The notes under the pieces were generated by a model, which was not told where the DNA came from, made no database searches, and was given only the letters and a program-made list of their open reading frames with translations. 64,000 nt of DNA from Asterias rubens (Eukaryota): the NCBI RefSeq assembly GCF_902459465.1, contig NC_047069.1, positions 8,432,001-8,496,000 of the forward strand, given 5' to 3'. Shown piece after piece: positions 1 through 11,799 of this stretch (position 1 is its first letter; every line of letters starts with the position of its first letter). Made by a program: the position numbers and the translations under genes.

Positions 1-133
1 CCCACTGTCTCATCACATAAGTGTACCGCAAAGACTTTTCAAAAAGGAATTTCAAACTGACCAAAGAAGACTAACCTCAACTTATATTTTGTTTAATTGA
101 TGATTTCCCCTTTTACTTTTTGTTATGTTTCAG

Positions 134-3100
134 TGCAAAGTGCATCGATAAGGAATCCCTATGTATTGTTGAATCGAAGGTAATGGATATGTTAGTAACT
201 GTTCAAATTGGTAGGATTTTAGGCTGTGCATGGCTGAGTTGACATAAGTTACCCATTCGAGATGTTGGCTTTAAAAAGAAAGGCTTACCCAGGTTTCAAC
301 TTTTATGCTCTTTTCATTTATAGGAGACTTTTCAACAGTTTTCTATCTTTCATTTTGTGAAAATGCTTCCACATTTGGTTTCAGTGAAATTAAGAGTATG
401 GCGATGTGGATGAAACAGTATTCTTATATTGTAATTGCCAATGCTTTTCAATCAAGATAATCGACTTTCAGTTTGTGTTGTCAAATGCTGTTACCATAAA
501 TTCGCGCACTCGTACAGACCCTATTGGTTGGCAAACGCCATAGAGGTGTGCAGTAAGCAGACCCACAGTCGGTCTGCGTCAAGCACCCATTAGCCGTGTA
601 CAAAACAGCACGATATTCCCTCAGTTTGCAAACCAAAATGTTTGTGAGCACGTGCTATGTGCAATTAACATATTTCATGGGAAGGGTATATTGTTCTTTC
701 CTCAAAGCCCACCCTTCAACCTTCCCACCATTGATGGTTCCAAAGTTTCAGATATGAGACTATGCCACTGGAAGTTGCAGACGCCCAGCCATTAACTCTA
801 AAATGATGGGACAATTCTTGTTCTCATTCACAGTTATGTTGGGTTCTGTTCTGTGACATAGTATGTCTGGACTATGATGGTAACATTGTGGATGCTTGCC
901 TCATTGCTCTAATGGCTGCTCTTAAAAATGGTAAGTTCTATGAAGTTAGCATACAGTCCTGTTTATGCGTTATATCATGTGTTCGACAAAGAAGTATTAT
1001 GGAAATCTGTATTGTGGTAATATTTGTGTTTGTGTAATTTTGTAGTGGGTAGCTGTTATTGCTTGTGTACGAATATGTAGCAGACCTCCAAGCATAAGAT
1101 TTAGGCATACTTTACTACAAGACTTCTCTACAATTAATGTATGTTTTGTGACAGAATGGTTTTTTTCATGATGTTTTGTTTTCACATGTGATTATTTGCG
1201 AGTCTTAGGTCCTTGTTAGGATGCTTGTTTTCACACAGTTTCTTTTGCAGTATGCCCATCAAACCTTTCTAAAATGACGATAAGAACTATTCTTACCGAA
1301 ATTTACAGTGCTTTTCTCTTTGTGCATGTTGAAAGACCACATAACTATCACTTCGATGAAAAGTTTGATTTCTGAAATTTAAATGTTCAGAGGTTTAAAG
1401 ATATGTAACAAGAACTTGGCATTTTAATGCACAATACAGGTATTTGTTTCCATGCTGTGTTACCAAAACCCTTGAGGTCAAAGGGCGACATTGTTTAACC
1501 TAATTTGATTTGAAATAATTTTCAGTGTTGCTACGTGAAGTGACGATTGATGAAGAATCACAACTTCCAGTCACATCATCGGATAAGATTGTCCCACTGA
1601 GCATAAACAGCACACCAGTAGCAACCTCATTTGCAATCTTTGATGAGTAAGTATTACAAAAGTAAATTTTGGGGTTAACAGAGAAAAATGTACAGAATTT
1701 GAACCTGTGACCTCTGGCATATCCTGGTGCTTTACCATGCAACTGAGGTAACCAAGTTGCAGTCTCCCTATTTTGTCAATATCTTTGTTTGAGTACCAGT
1801 CAGAAGCCATTCAACCGGTAACTTTCCTATTCAAACAGAGAACACACCCAAGTTATTCCAGTTGGTAAGGCCCTTTTTTGTGCACACACCTGCCCATGGG
1901 GACCTGGAACTAGCGGGGTAATCGGCTGGGGATGTAAATTTAGCGTGGCGGGAAAGTCCCAGCCATGTCCCGCTAATGCCTAGTTGGGTGGGGGACTTTT
2001 CTTTTTGTAAATCCATGGCTTTACCCCTGCACCAACATGCAGGGCATTATTTTGCATCTCCTGCATGATCCCAGCCAACATAAACCCTGCTCCGGTATGC
2101 AGGGCTTCACAACCTTGCATGGATGCATGGTATTTATCAAAGCAATTCTGGTTCCAATATGTAGGGCATGTCAACATATTGTACAACCTTGGCGAAGTCC
2201 CACATGGCCCAAGTAGGGCGGGGCAACAACATTGTATAATCTTGCCCAAGTCTCAGCTACAAATGTATTGTCCTTTTTTTTTAGGGCAGGGGGTGAAAAT
2301 TGTATGAACTCGGTCAAGTCAGGCAGAGCAGTCCCAATTAGCAGGGCACGTATTTTCGCCTGTCCCGAGGGGACTACAATTCAATACCTGAATTTCTGCA
2401 AAAAAAAGCATTTTGCATCTCATGTGTCGTAACCTCTGGTCATAAGTTCAATGTCTTGTATCGTTTCAGTGCTGTGTTATTAGCAGACCCTACAAATGAG
2501 GAGGAATGTATAGCTACTGGGATGGTGACAGTGGTAGTGACTGAAGATGGCAACTTACAAGCCCTTCATAAACCAGGTAAGATTTCACTTAGCTTGGTCT
2601 TCTTCTGAGCTACCACAGTGGGTGGTTAATTTGCTTCAGTGTATCGCAGTGTTGTTTCTAACTTGAATTCAACAAACTGTACTAAGCCATTGATCAGCAT
2701 AATTTATCCAAATATTGTACATTTTAGATTTGTATGAAAAATATTGACATTGATGATTCATTGCTCAAAGTGTTTCATGTTGAGCCCAATCTATTGTACA
2801 TGTATGTTGTACAAACCTGTAGTTATTTCCACTCATATCACTGCTGTAATGATGAAATGTTCATTTTAAAGGGCTCGGTATAATGTAAACTGCTATGCTC
2901 GGTATAATGTAAAACTACCATAGCTCTAGCTCGCTGGAGCTATGGCAGTTTTTCTAGTTCTTCATTCGTTTGATGACATGAATTGTTTTTTACTCTGCCA
3001 TAATTTGACATTTTTTATATGTAATACATTGTATAATGAACTTGCCATGTTTGAGCTTTTTGTGTTTGAAGCTTGAAGTGTATTAAATCATTGCACATTC

Positions 3101-4348
3101 TGTGTGCAGTTTTCGTGTAAATTTATTCATTGCTTATTATTGTGTGCCAAATCGGTTGATTTTCAATACTATATTTGAACTGAATATTGCTCTGTTATGG
3201 TTTGAATACTTGTTTGATTGAAGTTTCTTGAGTGTCATTTTCTGTTTTACTCATCAAAAATGATTATATGTGAGAATGTTTCTTAAACAAACACCAAAAT
3301 GTATTCACAGTGTTTGTTGTTATGAACATGTATTGAAGTTTGCAATCTTGATAATTGAACATTTGTTAATGCATTATTTAACGTAATGTGAATATGGGTC
3401 ATTGTTTAACACCTTTCTGTCTGACATTTAATAAATTCAGCCCAATCTGTTACCCATAACTATACATTGCCATTTGTTTTCTAATTCTGTTTAAAATGTT
3501 CAACTTAATTGATGTCATCCTATTATTAGACAAATAATTGTGCCGTTGAAAATATGCTACCAAGTGGTTTTGAATTACAAAAAGTAAACAATTAGTTCTG
3601 TGCACATTTGTGCTTCCATACACAACTCCTGCAGTTGGTTTTAAATGGTAGGGTCTACTTACATGTAATGGAGAAAGGCAGGCATGATATTTTGCACAAA
3701 AAGTAGGAATATTTTATTGAGTACAAGAGCTGACCTACATATACACATAGAGTAGATTTTGATAAACTTTCAGGATGTTAAAAATAATTATTATAATTTT
3801 ACAATACCTATCAAATTTGAAATAAGACTAATGTCAAAAGAATATCATGGATGTGGAAAATAGGACAAAGAGTAGGAGGGTTCAGCTCCCAGTCTTCTTT
3901 CTTAATCCTTGCCTAGCACAGACCAAGCAAAAAAAGCATATCCAGTTTGTTCTTATATGTTGGTCATTTGGGTAAAAAGTTAACAAATTTGATTTAAACT
4001 TTCTTGACTAATAAGTGTTTACAAGCAAAAAAACATATATCCAGTTTGTTCTTACATGTTGGTCATTTTTAATAAAAAATTTACAAATTTGATTTAAATT
4101 TACTTCAATAATAACAGTTAACTATGCTTAATTCCTTACTTAGGCCTAGTTTAATGATATTTGTAAACAATAACACACTTTTTGTTACAATTATATAAAC
4201 TAATGTACAATGATCTGATATGATTTTCTTGTTAGGTGGAAGTCCACTCTCTGTCGACCAGCTACAAGACTGCATCACAAGATCCCAAACAAGATCAAAG
4301 GAGGTTCTCAACTTAATACACAACACTGTGAACAGTGTAGATAGGTAG
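134..4348 (+). CDS. EXOSC8: Exosome complex component RRP43, 3' part (last 5 coding exons; 5' exons lie before the window)
   Basis: Exons 134-179, 834-930, 1526-1646, 2470-2576, 4236-4348 (TAG), all AG/GT bounded and in phase. They translate to AKCIDKESLCIVESK|LCWVLFCDIVCLDYDGNIVDACLIALMAALKN|VLLREVTIDEES...PVATSFAIFD|DAVLLADPTNEEECIATG...LHKP|GGSPLSVDQLQDCITRS...VDR*. This matches the RNase PH-fold C-terminal half of RRP43 (WVLYCDLICLDYDGN, PVATSFAVFD, DPTGEEE, LHKPGG) as recalled from the human protein. Confidence 0.96.
1668..1830 (-). mobile_element. tRNA-like repeat family A (SINE-like), decayed copy in an EXOSC8 intron
   Basis: Alignable by eye to the 11800-11945 and 4745-4860 copies (GGGAGAC..CAAC, CTCAGTTG, GGTTCAAAT). 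Confidence 0.55.
2873..2952. repeat. 17-bp direct duplication plus 16-bp hairpin in an EXOSC8 intron
   Basis: GCTCGGTATAATGTAAA at 2873-2889 and 2897-2913; AAAACTACCATAGCTC (2911-2926) pairs with GAGCTATGGCAGTTTT (2937-2952). Confidence 0.7.
3924..4098 (+). repeat. Two-copy tandem duplication, period about 98 bp
   Basis: CAAGCAAAAAAA...CCAGTTTGTTCTTA.ATGTTGGTCATTT...ACAAATTTGATTTAAA at 3924-3998 and 4022-4098. Confidence 0.85.
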
Positions 4349-4645
4349 TACAACAGTGTTATTCATAATTGTGTACATTATATAGGGTTCGTTATATAAG
4401 ATAAAGATGTTGGTTTCATTTAAGATGGCGCTCATCCCAAGATATAAATTTGTTGTTTTTCACTGAGCCCATTTACCACATTACCTTTGTAAACGCATTG
4501 GAACATTTACTTAACTAGACATGCCCCTGGGAAATACACATTGGTTTAACTGTACAATTTGTTGACAACTTACTCTTTTTTGTTTTGCTTTGGATTGCTG
4601 AAACTGAAGTGCAAAGAAAGAAATATATTTTAAAAACATGGTTAG

Positions 4646-4651
4646 AATAAA
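4646..4651 (+). terminator. Candidate polyadenylation signal of EXOSC8
   Basis: AATAAA about 300 nt after the stop, followed by a T/GT-rich tract; position only, no transcript data. Confidence 0.4.
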
Positions 4652-4744
4652 AAAAAACATTTTTGTTTATTGTTTCGTTAACTTGGTTGTAATCCTTGGC
4701 TATTCAGCAGGTACAGTTGAATATGCTGCCAACTTGAATACATG

Positions 4745-4860
4745 TAGCCCCAGAACAAAGTTATTCCAGAAATAGGGAGATCGCCAACATTAGGGTCATA
4801 TAGCTCAGTTGGTAGAGTGCCGCGCACTAATCATGTTCAAACCCTGCTGTCCCATTCAAT
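4745..4860 (+). mobile_element. tRNA-like repeat family A (SINE-like)
   Basis: Pol III A-box TAGCTCAGTTGG (4801-4812) and B-box-like GTTCAAACCC (4835-4844); no intact cloverleaf; shares upstream flank with other copies. Confidence 0.65.
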
Positions 4861-5017
4861 TTTTTTGTTTGGTAATTTTTTAATAATTTTGGGGTGAACA
4901 GTCAGTTTTCCTTAGGTTTATATGTGTGACAACGCACTTATGAAGAATTTCACATTTGATTAATCATTAAATCAAATTCACTCATCAATTTGAGACAGAG
5001 TCACATTCAAAACTTGT

Positions 5018-5023
5018 TTTATT
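5018..5023 (-). terminator. Candidate polyadenylation signal of M6PR-like copy 1
   Basis: TTTATT on + (AATAAA on -) about 410 nt downstream of the stop at 5433. Confidence 0.35.
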
Positions 5024-5432
5024 TCAATAGTCGTCCACCCAAATTGTAAATCAATATGTATCTTGATGCATACACATTTATAACCATGCAACTAAAAGCC
5101 ACCTCCGTCTTCAAAACTTTGCTTTCAAAAGTAAAATGTCATGGGCTCAAATCCCATCTCAAAGTAATATGCCTTTTTTTGGCTTGACACGAATCACTGT
5201 AGGGTAAACTATGTAAACACAGGTAATGACATACAATATCTTGTTCAGTGAACCAAAAATCTGTGTAAAAGACAATGGAGGAATAAATTGTGAGTAATAC
5301 AATTTGTTACAACTCCGATATTAGAACTCAATGAATTCAAATCAACTATCCAACATAAAAGGTTTAGCAAAAAATATCAGCATAACACATCTGAATGCAT
5401 GCATTGATCATACTTTACATACATGTACACAA

Positions 5433-8400
5433 CTATTGTTGCTCCTCGTACCCCGTCTTTTTTCCACAGCTAATGACAAATAAAACTCCATCCTAAAAAA
5501 AAAAATAGAGAAAACAAGAATGATGTGTTGACATCCACAAATGCCTTGCTGAGATTAATCACATTCTTCTCAAGTTATGCTTGGTCAACATTCCTTCTGT
5601 GTTAACCACATACATGTCTATAACATTTAACTAGGGGATCCCAAGACCAATCCTCATAGCAGCTTGGGAGTTGATATACCAAGTCCTTCTTGAGATATCA
5701 CTCCAACAACACTTGTTTTGTTTGAACCATTATGACCTTGACATTTTACCTAGGGGTTCAAACAGCAAGACTTCCGTGGACCCCAAGATCAATTACTTGT
5801 AGATAGCTCTCAACATACCTTAATATTTTCAGGTACTCCTACCCACATTTCATAATTGGGGATAATTTCTTTCCCCTGAGCATGGCGTCCAAATCTCAAA
5901 AATAAAGCACCACCAACAAAATAAGCCACAACCAATACAGAAAACCTGAAATTAACAATGAGAACAAAAGTTAATCAATTTGTTTTATCATTCTTATGTT
6001 TGCATCTTCTAGCTGAATGCATTAGATGTCCTTGAAATCAGTTTTCTTTTCCAGATTAAAGAGACAATTTTAAAAAGATAACGACAGAACTGCTCAAGAT
6101 TGCAGGTAGCAAAACATAGTTCAGGGAAGTATTCTTGATGATTTAGGTACAGATCGTGCAACATACTGTGTGAGTGTAAACTTTCAATCACATTATGGAA
6201 GGCAGTGAAGGAAATCACTTGGAAAATAGAAACTCACAGGATACATAGAATCGTACCAGGACTTATTCCAGATGATGGAGATGGTGATGGTGATGTACCA
6301 CATGTTCCTGGGCAAGCACACTTTGTTGTCAATGTGAATTGCTAAAGATACAAGAGAACAAATAAATACATCAAAAACATCAATCATTATACAAAAAGCT
6401 AATTGTCTGGTACACACAAAATACTAACATTATTTCTATCGCTCTACTTTGAGGAAAAGCAACTTCGGACATCATGGAATGTCTTAACTGATGAATTGTG
6501 GATCATAAAGAAACCAATGTGTTATACAAACTGTCTGAGTTCTACAGGAAAAAAAATCAACAGGTATGGTACCAGTTGCTTATTACAGTATTCAAACTGG
6601 CCTCTTGTCACTCAGTGGTCTATCGGTTAAGAAGTTTGCTTTATAATGCAGGAAGCGTGGGTTCAAATCCCACACTTGTAGCCTGTGGCTTTTTTTGTTT
6701 AGGATTCACAAGCATTGAGTAATCAGTGTTTGTCATGGTCAGGGTAACGCTATATGAAAGCTTTAAGAGGTCTTCTTTGCAATGAGGAAACAAGTCACGT
6801 GATTAACTTTCACACAACTGTGGGATACAACTGTAGAGGAATTTGGTTATATATACCTGTATGTAGCGTTTCCAACGCCAAACAATTGAAAAGATGAAAG
6901 CATTACTTGAGTTTTTCTGAACCACGTTTATGCTTCTGTTTGTTAAAGTATACTTACATATAATGTGTCTCCCTCATCTTGTCCCATTCGGTCTAACTTT
7001 GGAACATCTGCCCCTGGATCACACACTAGGCTGACTCGTGATGTCCTAATAATTTTAGAAAAGAATAAGAAAAATGATTGATTGGTTCATTTTGCTTAAG
7101 TCCTGATACTCTTTTGTACACAATTTTTGAGAAAAAAAAGGGGGTGATTTATAATTTACCTTGTCACTGGTGGAGTTGCATCATCAGTATGGGAATATTC
7201 AATGTAAAGACTGACACCACCATTGTTCCAAGTCGCAGTTGCATCCCCAATATTATAGATTTCAGACGGTGTGTTCTGTTTTCTTTGACAAACCTGAAAG
7301 AACCAAACATTTTTAAAGTCAGCAGCTGATAAAATTTGAGTATCAAGATTTGGAAGTCGTGGGCCTTCTTATAAACCTCAGCTTGAGTCCATCATCAATT
7401 TTGTTATGGTGTATATTTTCCACCGTGTTTTCAACATCCAGGGGCCAGAGAAAAGGAGCCTTATACAAGGTTTTGAAAAAGCTCTAGGTACCAACATCCA
7501 GCCAGAGATGGCAGATAATTATTGATACTTCTCTTAAGACTGCAGGTCCCTGGTCATTCCCCCATCTTTATGGTTGGGAAGTTTGTCCATAGAGGGTGGT
7601 TGTACATGTAATGTCCAGTGCACCTTGTGGATCAGTAATGTTTTAAATTCCATTTATTCCATAACAGCATGAGTACTGCTGCTACTTGTATGCCTCGAAC
7701 TCAAGATTCATGATTTTTACAAATTTCTCCCCACCTTAGATTCAAGATGATAATCAACCAAACTGATTCATTTATAGTATTATACATGTACATCCTAAAC
7801 AACAGAAAGTGCAAAGATGAACTCAGGAAGACGCTGGCGTGCCAGTGTCTTTTTAAATATCAATTTCAGGAAAATGGAAATAATTAACTAGAAACAATTG
7901 TACTCACTACAGCATTCTTGCAAGCAGCTGAACCATCTGAGAATGGATAACATGGATTGTATGCATACTCCCACCCTGCACTTGCAGGTCCTAGTTTATA
8001 AGGAAACCTGCATTGGAGAAAAAATATGATCCATCACTCTCAAGTAACAAGACACACAAAACATTCTGCAAGTGATGGAGGTCCAAGTGCATAGGGAAAC
8101 CTAAATGAGGAAATGCATGTATACATAATTTTTGATTAATTTTTTTTTTTTTTTTCAGTACAAAACACCAGGAGTTCACATCTTGCTCCACCAAAAATGA
8201 TAACAATATTGTATAAAGCGCTTTTACGAAACTTGGGGGAAATCAAAGCACTGGACAAGAACAACTAGGGTGTTGTGAATAAGACGTCCCCTGAAAGTGG
8301 TTTCCTGATGTTGATTGGAATGGTGTACCAAAGTTTGGGGCTAAGTAACTGAATGTATAGCTGAGGGATTTTTTATCTTGAAGGAATGCTACGAAGAAGA

Positions 8401-8732
8401 TTGTCTTTGAAAGATCAAAGTCCCATTCTGCCCAGTTGATACAATGTGTGAAGATCACACAAGTACCAAGAAGCAATAATACCATGCATGCACAAACAAT
8501 GTCACCACTTATCAGAGAATGTTAACAAATACAGTCAAAACTTTAACAAGGGGAAAACAAAGCATTACCTCGGTGTGTTCGAGTCTTTGTAGCCAAGGGA
8601 CTGGAGGTTGACTTGTTTACCATCAGTATTTTGACAAGAACAGTCGTCAACTTTTGTGCAGGATTGTGCGCCAACAACGACTGACTGCACAACACATATT
8701 ACAACTGTTAGAAAACCAGATGAAAAAGCCAT
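5433..8732 (-). CDS. Cation-dependent mannose-6-phosphate receptor / ATG27-like type I membrane protein, copy 1 (258 aa)
   Basis: Seven in-phase exons on -: 8732-8569, 8007-7908, 7293-7160, 7045-6958, 6341-6238, 5945-5819, 5492-5433 (777 nt). Signal peptide MAFSSGFLTVVICVVQSVVVGA; Cys-rich lumenal domain with YNPC, VCQ, LVCD and YQFTLTTKCAC motifs typical of MRH-like folds; Ser/Pro stalk; TM ILCILFSVLVVAYFVGGALF; tail GKEIIPNYEMW...DGVLFVISC similar to CD-MPR/ATG27 tails. The gene model is firm; the family assignment is from motif recall. Confidence 0.85.
6592..6730 (+). mobile_element. tRNA-like repeat family B, decayed copy in intron 4 of M6PR-like copy 1
   Basis: TCAAACTGGCCTCT...AGTGGTCTATCGGTTAAG...GTGGGTTCAAATCCCAC...GCCTGTGG. 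Confidence 0.6.
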
Positions 8733-9542
8733 TATTTTACAAAAGGGATGAAACACTACAGCTTATCAATTCTTAAGCCACTCATTAAGGGGAGTGCACG
8801 TGAAATTGTAGTCCGACTGGATACATGTATACTTTGCCCCTTTCTTTGATAACCCGCTGTGTAGTACTGTTTCACTTGGCTACTGACTTTTTAGTTTGGT
8901 TATTTAGGCCAAGTAAAAAAAAAACATGTTTCGCGTCCCCGCCCGCTTCCTTTTTACAGGCCGCCTCCTTTTTTATTTTATTTTTTATTTTATTTTTTTA
9001 TGCACATTATTTTTTTATTTTTTTTTAAATAGGGTTATTTTAAATGATCTCAGCAAAAACAATCTGAATGTCTTGTCTGAATGCCTCGACTAAATTGTTT
9101 CATTTATGTTTTGTGTATTTCAGCAGTAGAAAAAACAATGGATATTTGACATTTTAACAAAGAATGGCGGCCATCTTGAAATAAAAAATAAAAAGCCCCT
9201 CTTCCTCCTTTTTTTAAAAAACCTGGTCGTGAAACATGTTTTGTTTTTTACTCGGCCTTATTTACTTGGATATGTATGTATGTACATGTATTGACGTGGG
9301 TGATTTTGTTTTATCTTTGCAGCAAAGTCCAATAATTATAAGTCTAGAAAAAGTATGTTTATACACTGAAACCTGGTTAAAATCAGTCACTTTTAAACTG
9401 TTTTACACTTGCCAAAAAAATGGAAACGAAACAAAGATAATTTATTCACTCACGGATCTTTTGATAAAAAAGTGTCAGCATGGTGTAATATACCAAGTTC
9501 TGTTTTCCTATATTATAAATACAGGTAACCAGAGAGACTTAA

Positions 9543-9920
9543 AGGCAGTGGACACTATTGGTAATTACTCAAAATAATTATCAGCATAAAACCTCACTTG
9601 GTAATGAGTAATGGGGAGAGGTTGATGGTATAAAACATTGTGAGAAACGGCTCCCTCTGAAGTGACGTAGTTTTCGAGAAAGAAGTAATTTTCCATGAAT
9701 TTGATTTCGAGACCTCAAGTTTAGAACTTGAGGTTTCAAAATCAACCATCTAAACGCACACAGCTTCGTGCGACAAGGGTGTTTTTTATTTCTTTTATTA
9801 TTATCTCACAACTTCGACGACCAATTGAGCTCAAATTTTCACAGGTTTGTTATTTCATGCATATGTTGAGATACACCAAGTGAGAAGACTGGTCTTTGAC
9901 AATTACCAATAGTGTCCACT
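9543..9920 (+). mobile_element. Non-autonomous TIR element (MITE family K, Kolobok-type), copy 1
   Basis: TTAA|AGGCAGTGGACACTATTGGTAATT...AATTACCAATAGTGTCCACT|TTAA. A TTAA target duplication with purine...pyrimidine termini is the Kolobok signature. Confidence 0.85.
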
Positions 9921-9967
9921 TTAATAGAAAAATATATGGTGTAACTTCCATCTTCAACACTTTGATA

Positions 9968-10500
9968 TAATAGATGTTAAATTTGCATCAAGAATAAAGA
10001 ATATTCATTTTGGTTTTATCCATATACACGGATGTTTGTATACTCAGTGCTTTCCCCCGAGGTATGTGATAAAAATAACAGGCATATTACTTGGGTGGGA
10101 TTCAAACCCACAACTTTTGCAATTCTAGAGCAGTGTCTTACCGACTAGACCGAGATTGACTGTTAGCTAGAGGCAGTTCAAATCCCATCTATTAAATCAT
10201 TTGCAGTACCCGCTGCTAAAACATAAACATAGAAATCAAGCTGCCTCTAGCTACTGGGCAATCTCAGTGGTGTAGTTGGTATGACACAAACTCAAGAATC
10301 TAGAATTGCAAGGTGTTGGTCCGCTGCTAAAACATAGGATTTGAACTGCCTCTAGCTACCGGGCAATCTCGGTGGTCTAGTTGGTATGACACTGCCCTAG
10401 AATGCAAAGGTTGTGGGTTTGAATCCCACTCAAGTTATACACATATGTAAACTCGTGAAAGTATACAGTGCTAACTCACATCGGTGTGAAACGTAAACGA
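9968..10500. mobile_element. tRNA-like repeat family B cluster: one reverse copy (about 9968-10190), a partial copy (about 10207-10310) and a forward copy (about 10320-10500)
   Basis: Shared blocks GAACTGCCTCTAGCTA, GGTGGTCTAGTTGGTA (A-box-like), GGGTTTGAATCCCAC (B-box-like) and tail ATGCAAATTTAACATCTATTA in both orientations. Confidence 0.75.
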
Positions 10501-11509
10501 ATAGTAATAAATCACTTTCAAAGGCAACAAACCAAACAAACAGTCAAAAAAAATCAGTAAGCAATACACAAAATATGTAGCATCCAGCTGTTTGTATTTT
10601 ATCATATTGTATTTATTTTATTCCAAAACTGGAACAGACCCATAACACTAGAGAAGATTACATCTGTATAAATAACAAATAGTGAAAAATATTTGTAAGG
10701 GAGGCTTAGAGAGCAGAAGACACTAATCACACAGTTTAGTTTTCTTTTAACACCAAAAAACAGCTTCATTGAAATGGTCCATCAACTATCTTCCCTACCA
10801 AGGAATTCAAACTTGACCAACAATAGTTTTAACATAATGTTCCCACGGTTGTTATATAATGGGCAATCTATAGCAGAAAAATTACTTCTGTTTCAATATT
10901 AAGGTGACAATGCAGGCAATTTATATGGCTAGAGTCAAAACCAATTCTTTCAATTAGTAGCTTGTGTGAAGAGCATCTGTGAAGAGCATCTGATATGGAC
11001 AAACAAATGGCAATAAGGGTTTTATAAACACCCGTGGGGTAAATATAACCAAAACTCAAAAGTTAGTAACAAATCACATTCTGAGGTAAACGAGGTTGTT
11101 CAATCATAACACATCAGTTAGCAATGATTTTAAGTTTTAGTTGACAACCAAATATTATAAATCTTTCTTAAATCAATTAAAGTTACATTTTCCTGCGTTT
11201 ACAGTAAAAAGTATGTACTCAAAAGTAAAACTCAATCAGTGATGCTTTGTAAGTAACTCTTGAAGCTTTGTATGATAAAGAAAGTACGGGGAAACTGGTT
11301 AACGATTGACAACTACATGTATGTAATCATCTTTTCTTGGAAGAAGTAACGGTTCTGCGATGAACCACGAATGAATCATGTCTCTTCTTCATAGAATAGA
11401 GTATCAGTGGTCACCCACAAACTTGCTGCTCCTCTTAAACAGTTTTAAAGAAGGAAAAAGCACTGCATAAAAAGGAAGCATTGTAACTTAGCAACAAATA
11501 AAGAAAGTA

Positions 11510-11785
11510 GACATCTGCTCTAGAATGGCAAAAGTCATGGGTTTAAATCCCACCCGAGTAAAACGCCTGTGGACTTTCTTCACAGGACTCAACAAAGTAT
11601 TGAGTATGCAGCACTTGACACCAATTGCTGAGGCCTAAACACAATTAATAACATAAACTTTCTTATTAATTTTGGTTTTTACCCATACACCGATGTGTGT
11701 TAGCACTGTATACTCAGTACTTCGGTATGGGTAAAAAACCAAAATTAATATTCTTTATCCCCGATGCAAATTTAACATCTATTAT
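11510..11785 (+). mobile_element. tRNA-like repeat family B copy with internal inverted duplication
   Basis: B-box-like GGGTTTAAATCCCACCCGAG, tail CCCCGATGCAAATTTAACATCTATTA; 23-bp inverted repeat arms at 11666-11688 and 11725-11748. Confidence 0.7.
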
Positions 11786-11799
11786 AAACTTTCTTGTTT

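Noticed and set aside
555-576. GC-rich 7-bp hairpin in a CpG-rich patch of an EXOSC8 intron (possible H/ACA RNA)
   Set aside because: Could not identify a two-hairpin H/ACA layout; too little evidence.
2848-2960. Intronic RTGATGA as a possible C/D snoRNA box C
   Set aside because: No CTGA box D at a suitable distance and no terminal stem.
4791-4860. Possible tRNA genes here and at 11827-11897
   Set aside because: A/B boxes are present but there is no pairing acceptor stem or proper anticodon arm; the copies share non-tRNA flanks, so they are repeats.
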